A model generated the notes under the pieces. The model was not told the origin of the DNA. It did no database searches and was given only the letters and a program-made list of their open reading frames with translations. DNA of 64,000 nucleotides from a virus. Positions 39,227 through 48,512 of this stretch are shown here, piece after piece; the stretch's first letter is position 1, and every line of letters starts with the position of its first letter. The stretch is taken from IMG/VR virus record IMGVR_UViG_3300043427_001127, positions 32,001 to 96,000 of that record; one strand, given 5' to 3'. The translations under genes were made by a program, and so were the position numbers.

Positions 39227-40357
39227 ATGTCAGATAACTTAAACGAAAAGTTTGAGGAGCTTGTAACTGAGTCAGATGTAATGACGAGTGCTCTCTCCCC
39301 AGCTATTGTTCCTGGTCAATCATCTGGTATCGGTCAATACATGCAACCCGTTACTGGTCAAGTAAGCGACGCGCAAACACGCGGCGGTCACAAAGACTCA
39401 GGATTTGAACTACCAACTTCTCTTGCTCCTGGGCAATCAGAAGAAGATAACGGTGGTTCTGATTTTGAAGATCCAGAGGGTGAGGACAATCCTGGAGCAA
39501 AAGCTGCTAAGCACAACAAAAAAGTTGCTGATGCACAAACACGCGGCAAGCACCAAGATTCGGGCTTCTCGGTTAAGTCATCTGGTTATGGCGTTGAGAA
39601 TGGTCCCAACAATACAAAAGTATTTGGTATGGAAGCAATCAACTATTCCGCTGCGGAAGATGTTGCTGCCCTTACTGAAGGCGAAGAGTTCTCAGAAGAG
39701 TTTAAAGCAAAAGCAACCACAATCTTTGAAGCTGCTGTTAAGACACGCATCGAAGAGCAAGTAACTGCTATTGCTTCAACTCTAGAGGAGCAGTTCTCCG
39801 CCAAACTACAAGAGGAGATTGCATCCTTAGCAGAGAAAGTTGATGAAACACTCAACTATGCAATCACCACTTGGGTAGAAGAGAACCAAGTTGCACTCGA
39901 TGCAGGTCTCAAGCTTGAGATCGCTGAAGAGTTCATGGGTGGTCTCAAAAAAGTTTTTGAAGAAAACTACCTCAATCTCCCAGAAGAGAAAGTCGATGTT
40001 GTTGAAACAATGACTGAGGAGCTTTGTGAAATGGAAGGTCGCTTAAACGAACAGATTGAGCGTAATATTGATCTTAATAATAAACTCGCTGGTTATCAAA
40101 AGCAAGTTATCCTTTCTCAAATGAGCGAGGGTCTTGTTGATACTCAAAGAGAAAAACTTGCTTCTCTTGCTGAAGGGGTGGAGTTTGTTTCTGAAGAAGA
40201 CTTCAAGAACAAAGTCGCAACTCTCATTGGCAGCTACTTCCCTAAGCATGTAGTGAATGAGCAAGTACTACCTGAAGTCTCAGGTGAGCAAGGAACCGAA
40301 GAAGTATCACCAGTAATGGCTGCATACCTCCAGGCTCTTTCTCGCTGGAGCAACTGA
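39227..40357 (+). CDS. gp22: Prohead scaffolding protein gp22
   Basis: Acidic coiled coil; SEEFKAKATTIFEAAV...W..EN; synteny. Confidence 0.93.
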   Translation: MSDNLNEKFEELVTESDVMTSALSPAIVPGQSSGIGQYMQPVTGQVSDAQTRGGHKDSGFELPTSLAPGQSEEDNGGSDFEDPEGEDNPGAKAAKHNKKVADAQTRGKHQDSGFSVKSSGYGVENGPNNTKVFGMEAINYSAAEDVAALTEGEEFSEEFKAKATTIFEAAVKTRIEEQVTAIASTLEEQFSAKLQEEIASLAEKVDETLNYAITTWVEENQVALDAGLKLEIAEEFMGGLKKVFEENYLNLPEEKVDVVETMTEELCEMEGRLNEQIERNIDLNNKLAGYQKQVILSQMSEGLVDTQREKLASLAEGVEFVSEEDFKNKVATLIGSYFPKHVVNEQVLPEVSGEQGTEEVSPVMAAYLQALSRWSN

Positions 40358-40405
40358 TTATAATAAATAATTTTAACCCCAATAACTCAACGGAGTAAAA
40401 GCAAA

Positions 40406-41827
40406 ATGTCTGACACAAGAATTTTGCAGGAAAAGTGGGCACCTGTTCTAAATCACGGTGGTCTTCCTGAAATCAAGGATGCATATCGTAAACAGGTTGT
40501 TGCTACCCTGCTAGAAAACCAAGAGCGTGCTATCCGCGAAGAGCACGGTATGCTTCATGAAGTTACCTCACAGGTAAACTCATTAGGTTCCGCAACTATC
40601 GCACCTGCTGGTTCAGCTCTATCATCCAGCAACACTGCTGGTCTCGCTGGTTTCGATCCTATCCTAATCAGCCTAATCCGCCGTTCAATGCCTAACCTTG
40701 TCGCTTATGACATCGCTGGCGTTCAACCAATGAGCGGTCCTACTGGTCTTATCTTCGCAATGCGTGCTCGTTACGAGAACCAAGGCGGCGCTGAGGCTCT
40801 CTACTACGAACCAGACGAGGCATTCTCAGCTGGTTACGATGCAACCAAGGGCGCTTATAACGTTCGTGGTGCTGACGGAACTGGTGGAGATGCTGAGGGC
40901 AACAACCCTGCAGTTCTTAACGATGCAGTACCTTCTGCATACGAAGTTGCTCGTGGCATGAGCCGTGAGACTTCTGAAGTTCTAGGTGAAGCAAATACTC
41001 TATTCCGCGAGATGGCGTTCAGCATCGAGAAGACCTCGGTGACTGCTAAGACACGCGCTCTCAAGGCTGAGTACACCCTAGAGCTAGCACAAGACCTCAA
41101 GGCAATCCATGGTCTTGATGCTGAGCAAGAGCTCGCCAACCTACTCTCAAGCGAGATCCTCGCTGAGATCAACCGTGAAATCATCCGTACCGTTTACACT
41201 GTTGCACTTCCTGGTGCTCAGCAAGACGTTGCTACTCAGGGTACTTTCGACCTTGATATCGATTCAAACGGTCGTTGGATGGCAGAGAAGTTCAAGGGTC
41301 TCCTATTCCAAATCCAGCGTGATGCAAACGCAATCGGTCAACTCACCCGTAGAGGTAAGGGCAACTTCATGATCTGCTCAGCAGACGTTGCTTCCGCTAT
41401 GAGCATGGCTGGTATGCTTGATTACGCTCCTGCTCTCAACACTTCACTCAACGTTGATGACACTGGTAACGTATTTGCTGGTGTTCTTCAGGGTGGTATC
41501 CGTGTTTACATCGATCCATTCGGTGCTCCTGTTTACTCACAAGGTCAGGCTGCTAAGCACTACTACGTCATGGGTTATAAGGGCACATCACCTTATGATG
41601 CTGGTCTCTTCTATTGCCCATACGTTCCCCTCCAAATGGTTCGTTCGATCAATCCTGACACCTTCCAGCCTAAGATTGGATTCAAGACTCGTTACGGTAT
41701 GGTCAGCAACCCATTCGTTTCAACCACAAACGTTAATGGTATCGCTGGTGGTACTCCAGATGGCGGCATCCTTACTCCTAATACTAACCAGTATTACAGA
41801 AGAGTTAAGGTTACCAACCTCACCTGA
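40406..41827 (+). CDS. gp23: Major capsid protein gp23
   Basis: EKWAPVL...LIRRSMPNL.AYDIAGVQPMSGPTGLIFAMR...TFQPKIGFKTRYG. Confidence 0.99.
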   Translation: MSDTRILQEKWAPVLNHGGLPEIKDAYRKQVVATLLENQERAIREEHGMLHEVTSQVNSLGSATIAPAGSALSSSNTAGLAGFDPILISLIRRSMPNLVAYDIAGVQPMSGPTGLIFAMRARYENQGGAEALYYEPDEAFSAGYDATKGAYNVRGADGTGGDAEGNNPAVLNDAVPSAYEVARGMSRETSEVLGEANTLFREMAFSIEKTSVTAKTRALKAEYTLELAQDLKAIHGLDAEQELANLLSSEILAEINREIIRTVYTVALPGAQQDVATQGTFDLDIDSNGRWMAEKFKGLLFQIQRDANAIGQLTRRGKGNFMICSADVASAMSMAGMLDYAPALNTSLNVDDTGNVFAGVLQGGIRVYIDPFGAPVYSQGQAAKHYYVMGYKGTSPYDAGLFYCPYVPLQMVRSINPDTFQPKIGFKTRYGMVSNPFVSTTNVNGIAGGTPDGGILTPNTNQYYRRVKVTNLT

Positions 41828-41844
41828 TTTATCAGGTTCTTCTC

Positions 41845-41872
41845 AGACCTCCCGCAAGGGGGGTCTTTTTTT
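41845..41872 (+). terminator. Rho-independent terminator after gp23
   Basis: AGACCTCCC-gcaa-GGGGGGTCT followed by a T-run. Confidence 0.9.
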
Positions 41873-41904
41873 ATGGAAATAAATAGTAAAAAAAGGATAA
41901 GATC

Positions 41905-42417
41905 ATGCCAGCAAAATGGTTTGAAGAACAACCAGCAAATAGAAACTTTCTTGCTCCAGCGGGTTTTAAACTAGAGTTAGAACTTTTTCCAGGTGTAGAT
42001 TTTTTCTGTCAAAGAGCTGGAGTTCCTGATATTTCAGTTCCTACTACAGAAGTTCCAACTCCATTTAGAAGTTTGTCTATACCTTCTGCAGGTGGTGTAA
42101 CTTATGGAGATTTCAGATTACAGTTTATTATTGATGAAGATTTAAAAAACTATCTCTCTATTTTTGATTGGATTCAAAAAAATAATCTAGCAGAAACTTA
42201 CGATGATAGTGGTATAGAGTTTTGTAATGCTGAACTTCATATACTGAATAGTAACTTTAAAACAAATAGAATAGTATTTTTTGAAAGATTATTTCCAATA
42301 GATTTGTCTGGAGTTGAGTTTGATGTTGGTGATCAAGATGTAGAATACATTACTGCTAATGTAACCTTTAAGTTTTTTAGATATTATTTTACAAATAAAA
42401 ATAACGAGGAGTTGTGA
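41905..42417 (+). CDS. gp3: Tail tube terminator / tail completion protein gp3
   Basis: NRNFLAP.GF...VDFFCQ...FIIDEDLKNY...FP.DLS...A.VTFK. Confidence 0.9.
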   Translation: MPAKWFEEQPANRNFLAPAGFKLELELFPGVDFFCQRAGVPDISVPTTEVPTPFRSLSIPSAGGVTYGDFRLQFIIDEDLKNYLSIFDWIQKNNLAETYDDSGIEFCNAELHILNSNFKTNRIVFFERLFPIDLSGVEFDVGDQDVEYITANVTFKFFRYYFTNKNNEEL

Positions 42418-42420
42418 TTT

Positions 42421-42897
42421 ATGAAGTTTGATGATTTGAGAACCCTTTTTAATCATGTTAAATCAGAATGGCAAGAAGATTCACATATCGACTTCCAGTT
42501 TAAAAACAAACAATACTCAGCAGACCTAGCACAAATCTCGCTAGACATTCCTTACCAACACAATAAATATTTAAACTTCTACAACGATTTTTCTACAGAG
42601 AAGACTGCACTGGAGTTCCAGTATCGTATGAAGTTAAAAGAAAAAAGAGAATATTATCAAGGCGAAGCCGATCCTGAAGTTTACAAAGAAAAACCTTTTG
42701 GGCAATCCATAAAAACATCCGAGAAGATGAAAGTATATCTAGAAGCGGATGAGGATTTGATTAACATTGAGATGAAAATAGAGTTTATTAATAAGGCACT
42801 TTTCTTTTTGGATAATGTTCTTAAAATGATTTCCAACAGAAGTTTCCAAATTAAAAACGCTATCGAGTGGGAGAAGTTTATTAACGGTAGCACCTAA
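42421..42897 (+). CDS. uvsY: Recombination mediator UvsY
   Basis: W..DS.ID...IP..H.KYL...YY.G.A...YL.AD...R.FQIKNAIEW.KF..G. Confidence 0.93.
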   Translation: MKFDDLRTLFNHVKSEWQEDSHIDFQFKNKQYSADLAQISLDIPYQHNKYLNFYNDFSTEKTALEFQYRMKLKEKREYYQGEADPEVYKEKPFGQSIKTSEKMKVYLEADEDLINIEMKIEFINKALFFLDNVLKMISNRSFQIKNAIEWEKFINGST

Positions 42898-44375
42898 TGA
42901 CAAATCTGGCAGTTGCAAAAAAGAACAACATTTATCTGACCATCAAAGCAGAACCTCACGTTCATTACGAGTTAGCAGATTATTTTACGTTCGATATTCC
43001 TAATGCCAAGTTTATGCCACAATACAAAAGTGGTGTATGGGATGGCAAGATTAGATTGTATTCACCAGGAACAGGTGAACTATATTGTGGTCTTATTTCT
43101 CACTTAAAAGAATGGTGTGGTATTAAAAACTATTCTATTTCTTATGAGTCTAATAAGTTCTATGGCGATGTAGAAGAAAAAAATGAACAGATTACCTTAG
43201 AGGGTGTCAAAGGTTTCATGGGAGCTGTATGCCCCAATCACGAACCACGCGACTATCAAGTTCAAGCAGTGTATGAAGCACTGCTAAACAATCGTAGACT
43301 TCTACTCTCTCCAACTGCTTCAGGTAAATCTTTGATGATTTATTCTCTAGTACGTTACTACTATGCAGCAGAGTATAAAAAGTCAGGAAAGAAAACACTT
43401 ATCATTGTTCCTACTACTTCACTAGTGGAACAGATGTATAATGACTTTGCTGATTATGGATGGGATGTTGATGAACACTGTCACAGAATCTATGGCGGCA
43501 AAGATAAAAACGTAGAGAAAGCAGTTATCATTTCTACTTGGCAATCTATCTACAAGTTTCCTAAGCGTTGGTTTGATGACTTCTCCTGTGTCATCGGTGA
43601 CGAGGCACACCTATTCAAATCTAAATCTCTTACTGGCATCATGACTAAGTTGCATGAAGCTAAGTATCGTTTTGGTTTCACTGGCACACTTGATGGATCT
43701 GCTACTCATAAGTGGGTGCTTGAAGGATTGTTTGGTGAATGTAAGCATGTTACCAAGACAGAAAAACTTATCAAAGAAGGTCACCTATCTGATTTCAGAA
43801 TCAAAGTTCTTTTGCTGAAGCATGAGAGAATGGAGTTCTTTGATTATCAAGGAGAGATTGATGCGATTGTAGATAATCCAAAACGCAATAGGTTGATTAA
43901 AAATCTTGTGCGTGACTTAGAAGGAAACTCTCTGGTTCTCTTCAACTATGTGGAGCGTCACGGGATGCCACTTTACGAGGCGATAAATAGTGTTGTTGAA
44001 GAAGGTCGTAAAGTTTTTCTGGTCTATGGTGGTGTAGACACTGAAGAACGCGAAGAGATTAGACGCATCACTGAAACTGAAAACAACGCAGTGATTGTTG
44101 CTTCATACGGAACATTTAGCACTGGCATCAACATTCGTAACCTACACAATGTTGTATTTGCTTCACCTTCAAAATCAAGAGTAAGAAACTTACAGTCTAT
44201 CGGTCGTGTATTGCGTAAGGGCAATAACAAAACTTACGCTACTCTTTATGACATTGCCGATGAGTATTGCAGAACACCACAAAAAAACTATACGCTGAAA
44301 CATTTAGATGAACGTTTGAAAATCTATGAAGAAGAAAAGTTCAATGTAGAAATCATTAAACTGGATTTAAAGTAA
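42897..44375 (+). CDS. uvsW: SF2 DNA helicase UvsW
   Basis: PRDYQ, SPTASGKS, GDEAH, GFTGT, QSIGRVLR. Confidence 0.97.
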   Translation: MTNLAVAKKNNIYLTIKAEPHVHYELADYFTFDIPNAKFMPQYKSGVWDGKIRLYSPGTGELYCGLISHLKEWCGIKNYSISYESNKFYGDVEEKNEQITLEGVKGFMGAVCPNHEPRDYQVQAVYEALLNNRRLLLSPTASGKSLMIYSLVRYYYAAEYKKSGKKTLIIVPTTSLVEQMYNDFADYGWDVDEHCHRIYGGKDKNVEKAVIISTWQSIYKFPKRWFDDFSCVIGDEAHLFKSKSLTGIMTKLHEAKYRFGFTGTLDGSATHKWVLEGLFGECKHVTKTEKLIKEGHLSDFRIKVLLLKHERMEFFDYQGEIDAIVDNPKRNRLIKNLVRDLEGNSLVLFNYVERHGMPLYEAINSVVEEGRKVFLVYGGVDTEEREEIRRITETENNAVIVASYGTFSTGINIRNLHNVVFASPSKSRVRNLQSIGRVLRKGNNKTYATLYDIADEYCRTPQKNYTLKHLDERLKIYEEEKFNVEIIKLDLK

Positions 44376-44376
44376 C

Positions 44377-44796
44377 ATGGAAGAAGATTTTTATGCATCA
44401 ATGAAACTTACATCTGGAGAAGAGATCGTAGCTAAAGTTAGTTATGATCCAGATGATGATGTTGTTATTGTGTTTAATCCTCGCATAGTTGAAAAAATAG
44501 AAATTAAAAAAACTAATATGATTGTAGAAGGAATCGTCTTTGATGATTGGATCAACGCCACTCACGAAGATATGTTTATTATTCCCAGAAGTCATATTAT
44601 AACTATGATTGAACTAGATAATAAAATCTGTGGATTTTACGAAGATCATTTAAATGATAAAAGTAAATATAGAAAATCCAGATCGAAGGAACAAAAATCA
44701 AATACAAAAAAACAAGACCCCAAAGATCATGAAGGATATCTAGGATCTATTAAAGAAGCTAAGAAGTTATTAGAAGAGATATATAATAAATCTTGA
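44377..44796 (+). CDS. Conserved hypothetical protein, possible Sm-like fold
   Basis: FYASMKLTSGEEIVAKV...NPR...W...MFIIPRSHIITM. Confidence 0.7.
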   Translation: MEEDFYASMKLTSGEEIVAKVSYDPDDDVVIVFNPRIVEKIEIKKTNMIVEGIVFDDWINATHEDMFIIPRSHIITMIELDNKICGFYEDHLNDKSKYRKSRSKEQKSNTKKQDPKDHEGYLGSIKEAKKLLEEIYNKS

Positions 44797-44811
44797 AAGC
44801 GCGACATTGCT

Positions 44812-44840
44812 ATTATACACAGAATATAAGGTCTTGTCAA
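44812..44840 (-). promoter_or_regulatory. Perfect sigma70 promoter on the minus strand (antisense)
   Basis: Reverse complement reads TTGACA-agaccttatattctgtg(17 nt)-TATAAT. Confidence 0.7.
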
Positions 44841-44845
44841 GCCCC

Positions 44846-44874
44846 TTTACAAACGTTGCTCGGTGTGTTACAAT
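44846..44874 (+). promoter_or_regulatory. Sigma70-type promoter for gp55
   Basis: TTTACA-17 nt-TACAAT. Confidence 0.7.
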
Positions 44875-44897
44875 ACACACAGAGTAAATAAAAGCAA

Positions 44898-45413
44898 ATG
44901 TTAGTAGCAAACAAACCCATGGCTAGAAGGGCAACCAAAGAAAACTATGTAAACAACAGGGAATTTTTGGATGCCCTTATGGTTTATCGGCAACAAGTTG
45001 CTGCTGCCAAAGAAAAGGGAATACCAAAACCAAAAGTACCAAACTACATTGGAGAGTGTTTTCTAAAGATTGCCACACACCTATCATATAAACCTAACTT
45101 TGTCAACTACATGTTTAGGGAAGATATGATCTGTGACGGTATTGAAAACTGTCTTCAGTATATTGACAACTTTAATCCAGAAAAATCTACTAACCCATTT
45201 GCTTATTTTACTCAAATCATCTATTATGCTTTTCTTCGTCGTATTCAGCGAGAGAAAAAGCAACTAGAAATCAAAGCTAAGATTCTTGAAAGGTCTGGGT
45301 TTGATGAAGTTTTGCATATGGACAGTCACGGTGGTGACATGTATGGTTATAGTAGCAGCAGTGCTGACATGAACAGCATTAAAGAAAACCTTGAGATCAG
45401 ATCTAAACGATGA
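44898..45413 (+). CDS. gp55: Late-transcription sigma factor gp55 (start may be 44919)
   Basis: YVNN.EF...YIGECFLKIA.HLSYKPNF.NY...DGIENCLQY..NF.PEKS.NPFAYFTQI. Confidence 0.96.
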   Translation: MLVANKPMARRATKENYVNNREFLDALMVYRQQVAAAKEKGIPKPKVPNYIGECFLKIATHLSYKPNFVNYMFREDMICDGIENCLQYIDNFNPEKSTNPFAYFTQIIYYAFLRRIQREKKQLEIKAKILERSGFDEVLHMDSHGGDMYGYSSSSADMNSIKENLEIRSKR

Positions 45414-46459
45414 CAGTTGCACTTATCACAGACCAGCATCTTGATGGAAGGAAAGGCAGTATTGCTTTTTGGGAATACTTCAAAAAGTTTTATGATGATG
45501 TATTCTTTCCTACGTTGGAAAAGCAGAATATCAAAACAGTCATTGACCTAGGCGATACCTTTGACAATCGCAAAGGCATTGACTTTAATGTTTGGAACCG
45601 TGTGCGTAGCTATTATTTTCAACGTCTTGAAGATATGGGTATCTTCGTTCACATGATCCTTGGCAATCACTGCACCTACTACAAGAATACGAACGAGATT
45701 AACTCACCCGAACTTCTGCTCAAGGACTTCAGCAACATTGAAATCTACGCTCACCCAGAGACGGTAATGATTGATGGTGCTAAGATTCTGATGTTGCCTT
45801 GGATCAACTCAAGCAACTATGAGGATACCATGAGGCATCTTGAGGGCACCAGTGCTGAGATTGCTATGGGTCATCTTGAACTATCTGGTTTTGAAGTGAC
45901 GCCTGGCAACAAACAAGAACATGGTATGGATCCTTCCATCTTCAAAAAGTTCAAACAAGTATTTTCTGGGCACTATCATCACAAATCATCCAGAGGTAAC
46001 ATTACTTATCTTGGTAACCCCTATCAGATGTTTTGGAATGATTACAAAGACGAGCGAGGATTTCATCTATATGAACCAACAACAAATAAACTCAAGCGGG
46101 TCAAGAACCCTTATGAGATTTTCCAGAAAATCTATTATAATGATTCTACTGGTTCTCATCTCAGCTTCGATACCAGTGAGTGTGCAAATTCTTTTGTCAA
46201 GATTATCGTAGAAGATAAAAAAGATTATACTGAGTTTGAAAAGTTTGTAGACTCTGTGTTTGCAGTTGCTCCTCACGATGTCAAAATTATCGAAACGCTT
46301 GTCAATGATTCTTTTGTAGAAGAAGACGAGAACGTAGAAATCAAAGATACACTCACCCTTCTTAATGAATATATTGATGAGGTAGAGATTGCTGTAGACA
46401 AAGCAAAGTTAAAGAGTATAATGAAATCACTATATATTGAAAGCTGTGAGGTAGTATAA
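45410..46459 (+). CDS. gp47: Recombination endonuclease gp47 (Mre11/SbcD-like)
   Basis: TDQH, LGDTFD, GNH, GHLE, SGHYH metallophosphoesterase motifs. Confidence 0.96.
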   Translation: MTVALITDQHLDGRKGSIAFWEYFKKFYDDVFFPTLEKQNIKTVIDLGDTFDNRKGIDFNVWNRVRSYYFQRLEDMGIFVHMILGNHCTYYKNTNEINSPELLLKDFSNIEIYAHPETVMIDGAKILMLPWINSSNYEDTMRHLEGTSAEIAMGHLELSGFEVTPGNKQEHGMDPSIFKKFKQVFSGHYHHKSSRGNITYLGNPYQMFWNDYKDERGFHLYEPTTNKLKRVKNPYEIFQKIYYNDSTGSHLSFDTSECANSFVKIIVEDKKDYTEFEKFVDSVFAVAPHDVKIIETLVNDSFVEEDENVEIKDTLTLLNEYIDEVEIAVDKAKLKSIMKSLYIESCEVV

Positions 46460-46747
46460 ATGTTTTTGATCACTCTTGCTGAACATCCAGACGGAGTATA
46501 CTCGGTTCTTGACGAAGAGGGTGATCATGTGGTATACTTTTTTCGGGAGGAAGATGATGCGGAGCGTTATCTTGGATTGCTTGTAGCAAATCAAGATGAT
46601 GACAGTCTTCCTCCACTCATGACTTATGAAGTTGATACTAAAGCAGGTGTTGGTATGTGTGAGTTGCGAGGTATGAAATACCTCATTGTTGAACCTGACG
46701 ACATTATTGTTCCCCCTAGATCTTATGATAATTTTCAAGACGATTAA
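46460..46747 (+). CDS. Conserved hypothetical protein
   Basis: 95 aa; G.Y.V.DE.G...FREEDDAERY...DDIIVPP; GAGG RBS. Confidence 0.75.
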   Translation: MFLITLAEHPDGVYSVLDEEGDHVVYFFREEDDAERYLGLLVANQDDDSLPPLMTYEVDTKAGVGMCELRGMKYLIVEPDDIIVPPRSYDNFQDD

Positions 46748-48449
46748 ATGGAAAAACTTTCTTTCTACTGGTGCTCAGTTCACAGAGATTTCTCTGACTG
46801 ATAGAAAGAGTAGTTTGATTGTAGGAACCAATGGTGCTGGCAAGTCAACCATTTTAGATGCCCTTACTTTTTCTTTGTTTGGTAAACCTTTTCGCAAGAT
46901 TAATAAACCACAACTTCTCAACTCTATCAATCAATCTGATTGTGTTGTAGAAGTTAACTTTGATATTGGCAATAATAAATACAAAGTGATTCGTGGTATT
47001 AAACCAGCGAAGTTTGAAATCTATCAGAATGGTGCGCTACTCAACCAAGATTCATCTGCCGTAGATCAGCAGAAACATTTTGAGCAAACGATTCTGAAGA
47101 TGAACTACAAATCGTTTACTCAGATTGTTGTGCTGGGGTCATCGACCTTTGTGCCATTCATGCGTCTTCCACTGGCAGCTCGTAGAGAAATCATCGAAGA
47201 CATTCTTGACATTCAAATCTTCTCGACTATGAATGTCAATCTGAAAGAAAAAATCAAAGTAATCAACGACGAACTTAAAGACCACGAATATAAACTCTCA
47301 CTTGTCAAAGAGAAGATTGACATGCAGAAGCAGTTTATGCTTGACATTGAAAAGAAGAATAAAGAAGACATTCAACAAAAAGAGAATCGCAAAGAAACTC
47401 TTCTACAAGAGGCTCTAGATTATGAGACACAAATCCTCGATAATGACAAGGAAATCGACGCTAAGACCTCTGCCGTTTCAGACACGCAGACGCTTAAAGC
47501 AACGATCACTAAGGTTAATACGCTCAGCAACAAAATATCATCCAAACAAAAAACATATCATAAGGAAAAAATATTCTTTGAGCAGAATGATTCGTGCCCG
47601 ACATGCGGACAGAGTATTGAGGAGCATTTTAAACAAGAGAAGATCCAAGTTCTCTCGGATAAACTTGTTGAGGTGGAAAAAGCTATGTCTGATTTGGGAC
47701 AACAACTTTCCGATCTCCAAAGTAAAGAGAATACCTTTATTCTTTTGATTGATGAAATAAACGAACTCAATCTAAAGAATCGACAACTCAATAATGAAAT
47801 TAAGTCACTTCATAAACGAATTGAAGAACTGGACGACGACATCAGAAAACTGCGGGATTCAGATATCAGTCAACGGGAACAGTTTTCAATACTTAAATCC
47901 CTCAGCGAAGACGGGAAGCAAATCCAAGAAACTATTTCTGAAACAAAAGAAGAAAAAGATTGCCTCCTCACGGCGGCACAACTTCTCAAAGACTCGGGGA
48001 TCAAAACGAGGATCATCAAAAAATACCTCCCAACGATGAACAAACTTATCAATGATTACCTTGATAAGATGGAGTTTCCAGCATCGTTCATGTTAAATGA
48101 AAGTTTTGAAGAGGTAATCAAATCACGATATAGGGACGAGTTTAGTTATGAATCTTTTTCTGAAGGAGAAAAAGCTAGAATCGATATTGCTCTGCTGCTT
48201 ACTTGGCGTAGCGTTGCTAAACTTAAGAATAGCGTGGATACTAATCTTCTGATTCTTGATGAAATCTTTGACGGGTCACTTGACCAATCTGGTAACAGCG
48301 ACCTTGGATGGATTCTAAAAACATTTGATGACAAAACTAATGTGTTTGTTATTTCACACCGCGACAATATGGCAGACAAGTTTGACCGCTGCCTCAGATT
48401 TGAGAAGCATAAGAACTTCTCATACGTCACAGACGAGACATCAGAATAG
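46725..48449 (+). CDS. gp46: Recombination ATPase gp46 (Rad50/SbcC-like)
   Basis: Start MIIFKTIKWKNFLSTG; G.NGAGKST, zinc hook CPTC, FSEGEK, LILDE, ISH. Confidence 0.96.
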   Translation: MIIFKTIKWKNFLSTGAQFTEISLTDRKSSLIVGTNGAGKSTILDALTFSLFGKPFRKINKPQLLNSINQSDCVVEVNFDIGNNKYKVIRGIKPAKFEIYQNGALLNQDSSAVDQQKHFEQTILKMNYKSFTQIVVLGSSTFVPFMRLPLAARREIIEDILDIQIFSTMNVNLKEKIKVINDELKDHEYKLSLVKEKIDMQKQFMLDIEKKNKEDIQQKENRKETLLQEALDYETQILDNDKEIDAKTSAVSDTQTLKATITKVNTLSNKISSKQKTYHKEKIFFEQNDSCPTCGQSIEEHFKQEKIQVLSDKLVEVEKAMSDLGQQLSDLQSKENTFILLIDEINELNLKNRQLNNEIKSLHKRIEELDDDIRKLRDSDISQREQFSILKSLSEDGKQIQETISETKEEKDCLLTAAQLLKDSGIKTRIIKKYLPTMNKLINDYLDKMEFPASFMLNESFEEVIKSRYRDEFSYESFSEGEKARIDIALLLTWRSVAKLKNSVDTNLLILDEIFDGSLDQSGNSDLGWILKTFDDKTNVFVISHRDNMADKFDRCLRFEKHKNFSYVTDETSE

Positions 48450-48455
48450 CTTAAC

Positions 48456-48489
48456 AGGGGTTGCTGCGGCGACCCCTTTGCTGTATAGT
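48456..48489 (+). promoter_or_regulatory. Hairpin overlapping a sigma70-like promoter before the cobT-like gene
   Basis: AGGGGTTGC-tgcg-GCGACCCCT; TTGCTG-17 nt-TATAGT. Confidence 0.6.
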
Positions 48490-48512
48490 TGATTCATCAA
48501 CGAAAGAGACCG

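Noticed and set aside
43982-43989. GATAAATA inside uvsW
   Set aside because: Could be an internal late promoter for 44377, but a single 8-mer in AT-rich coding DNA is not enough evidence
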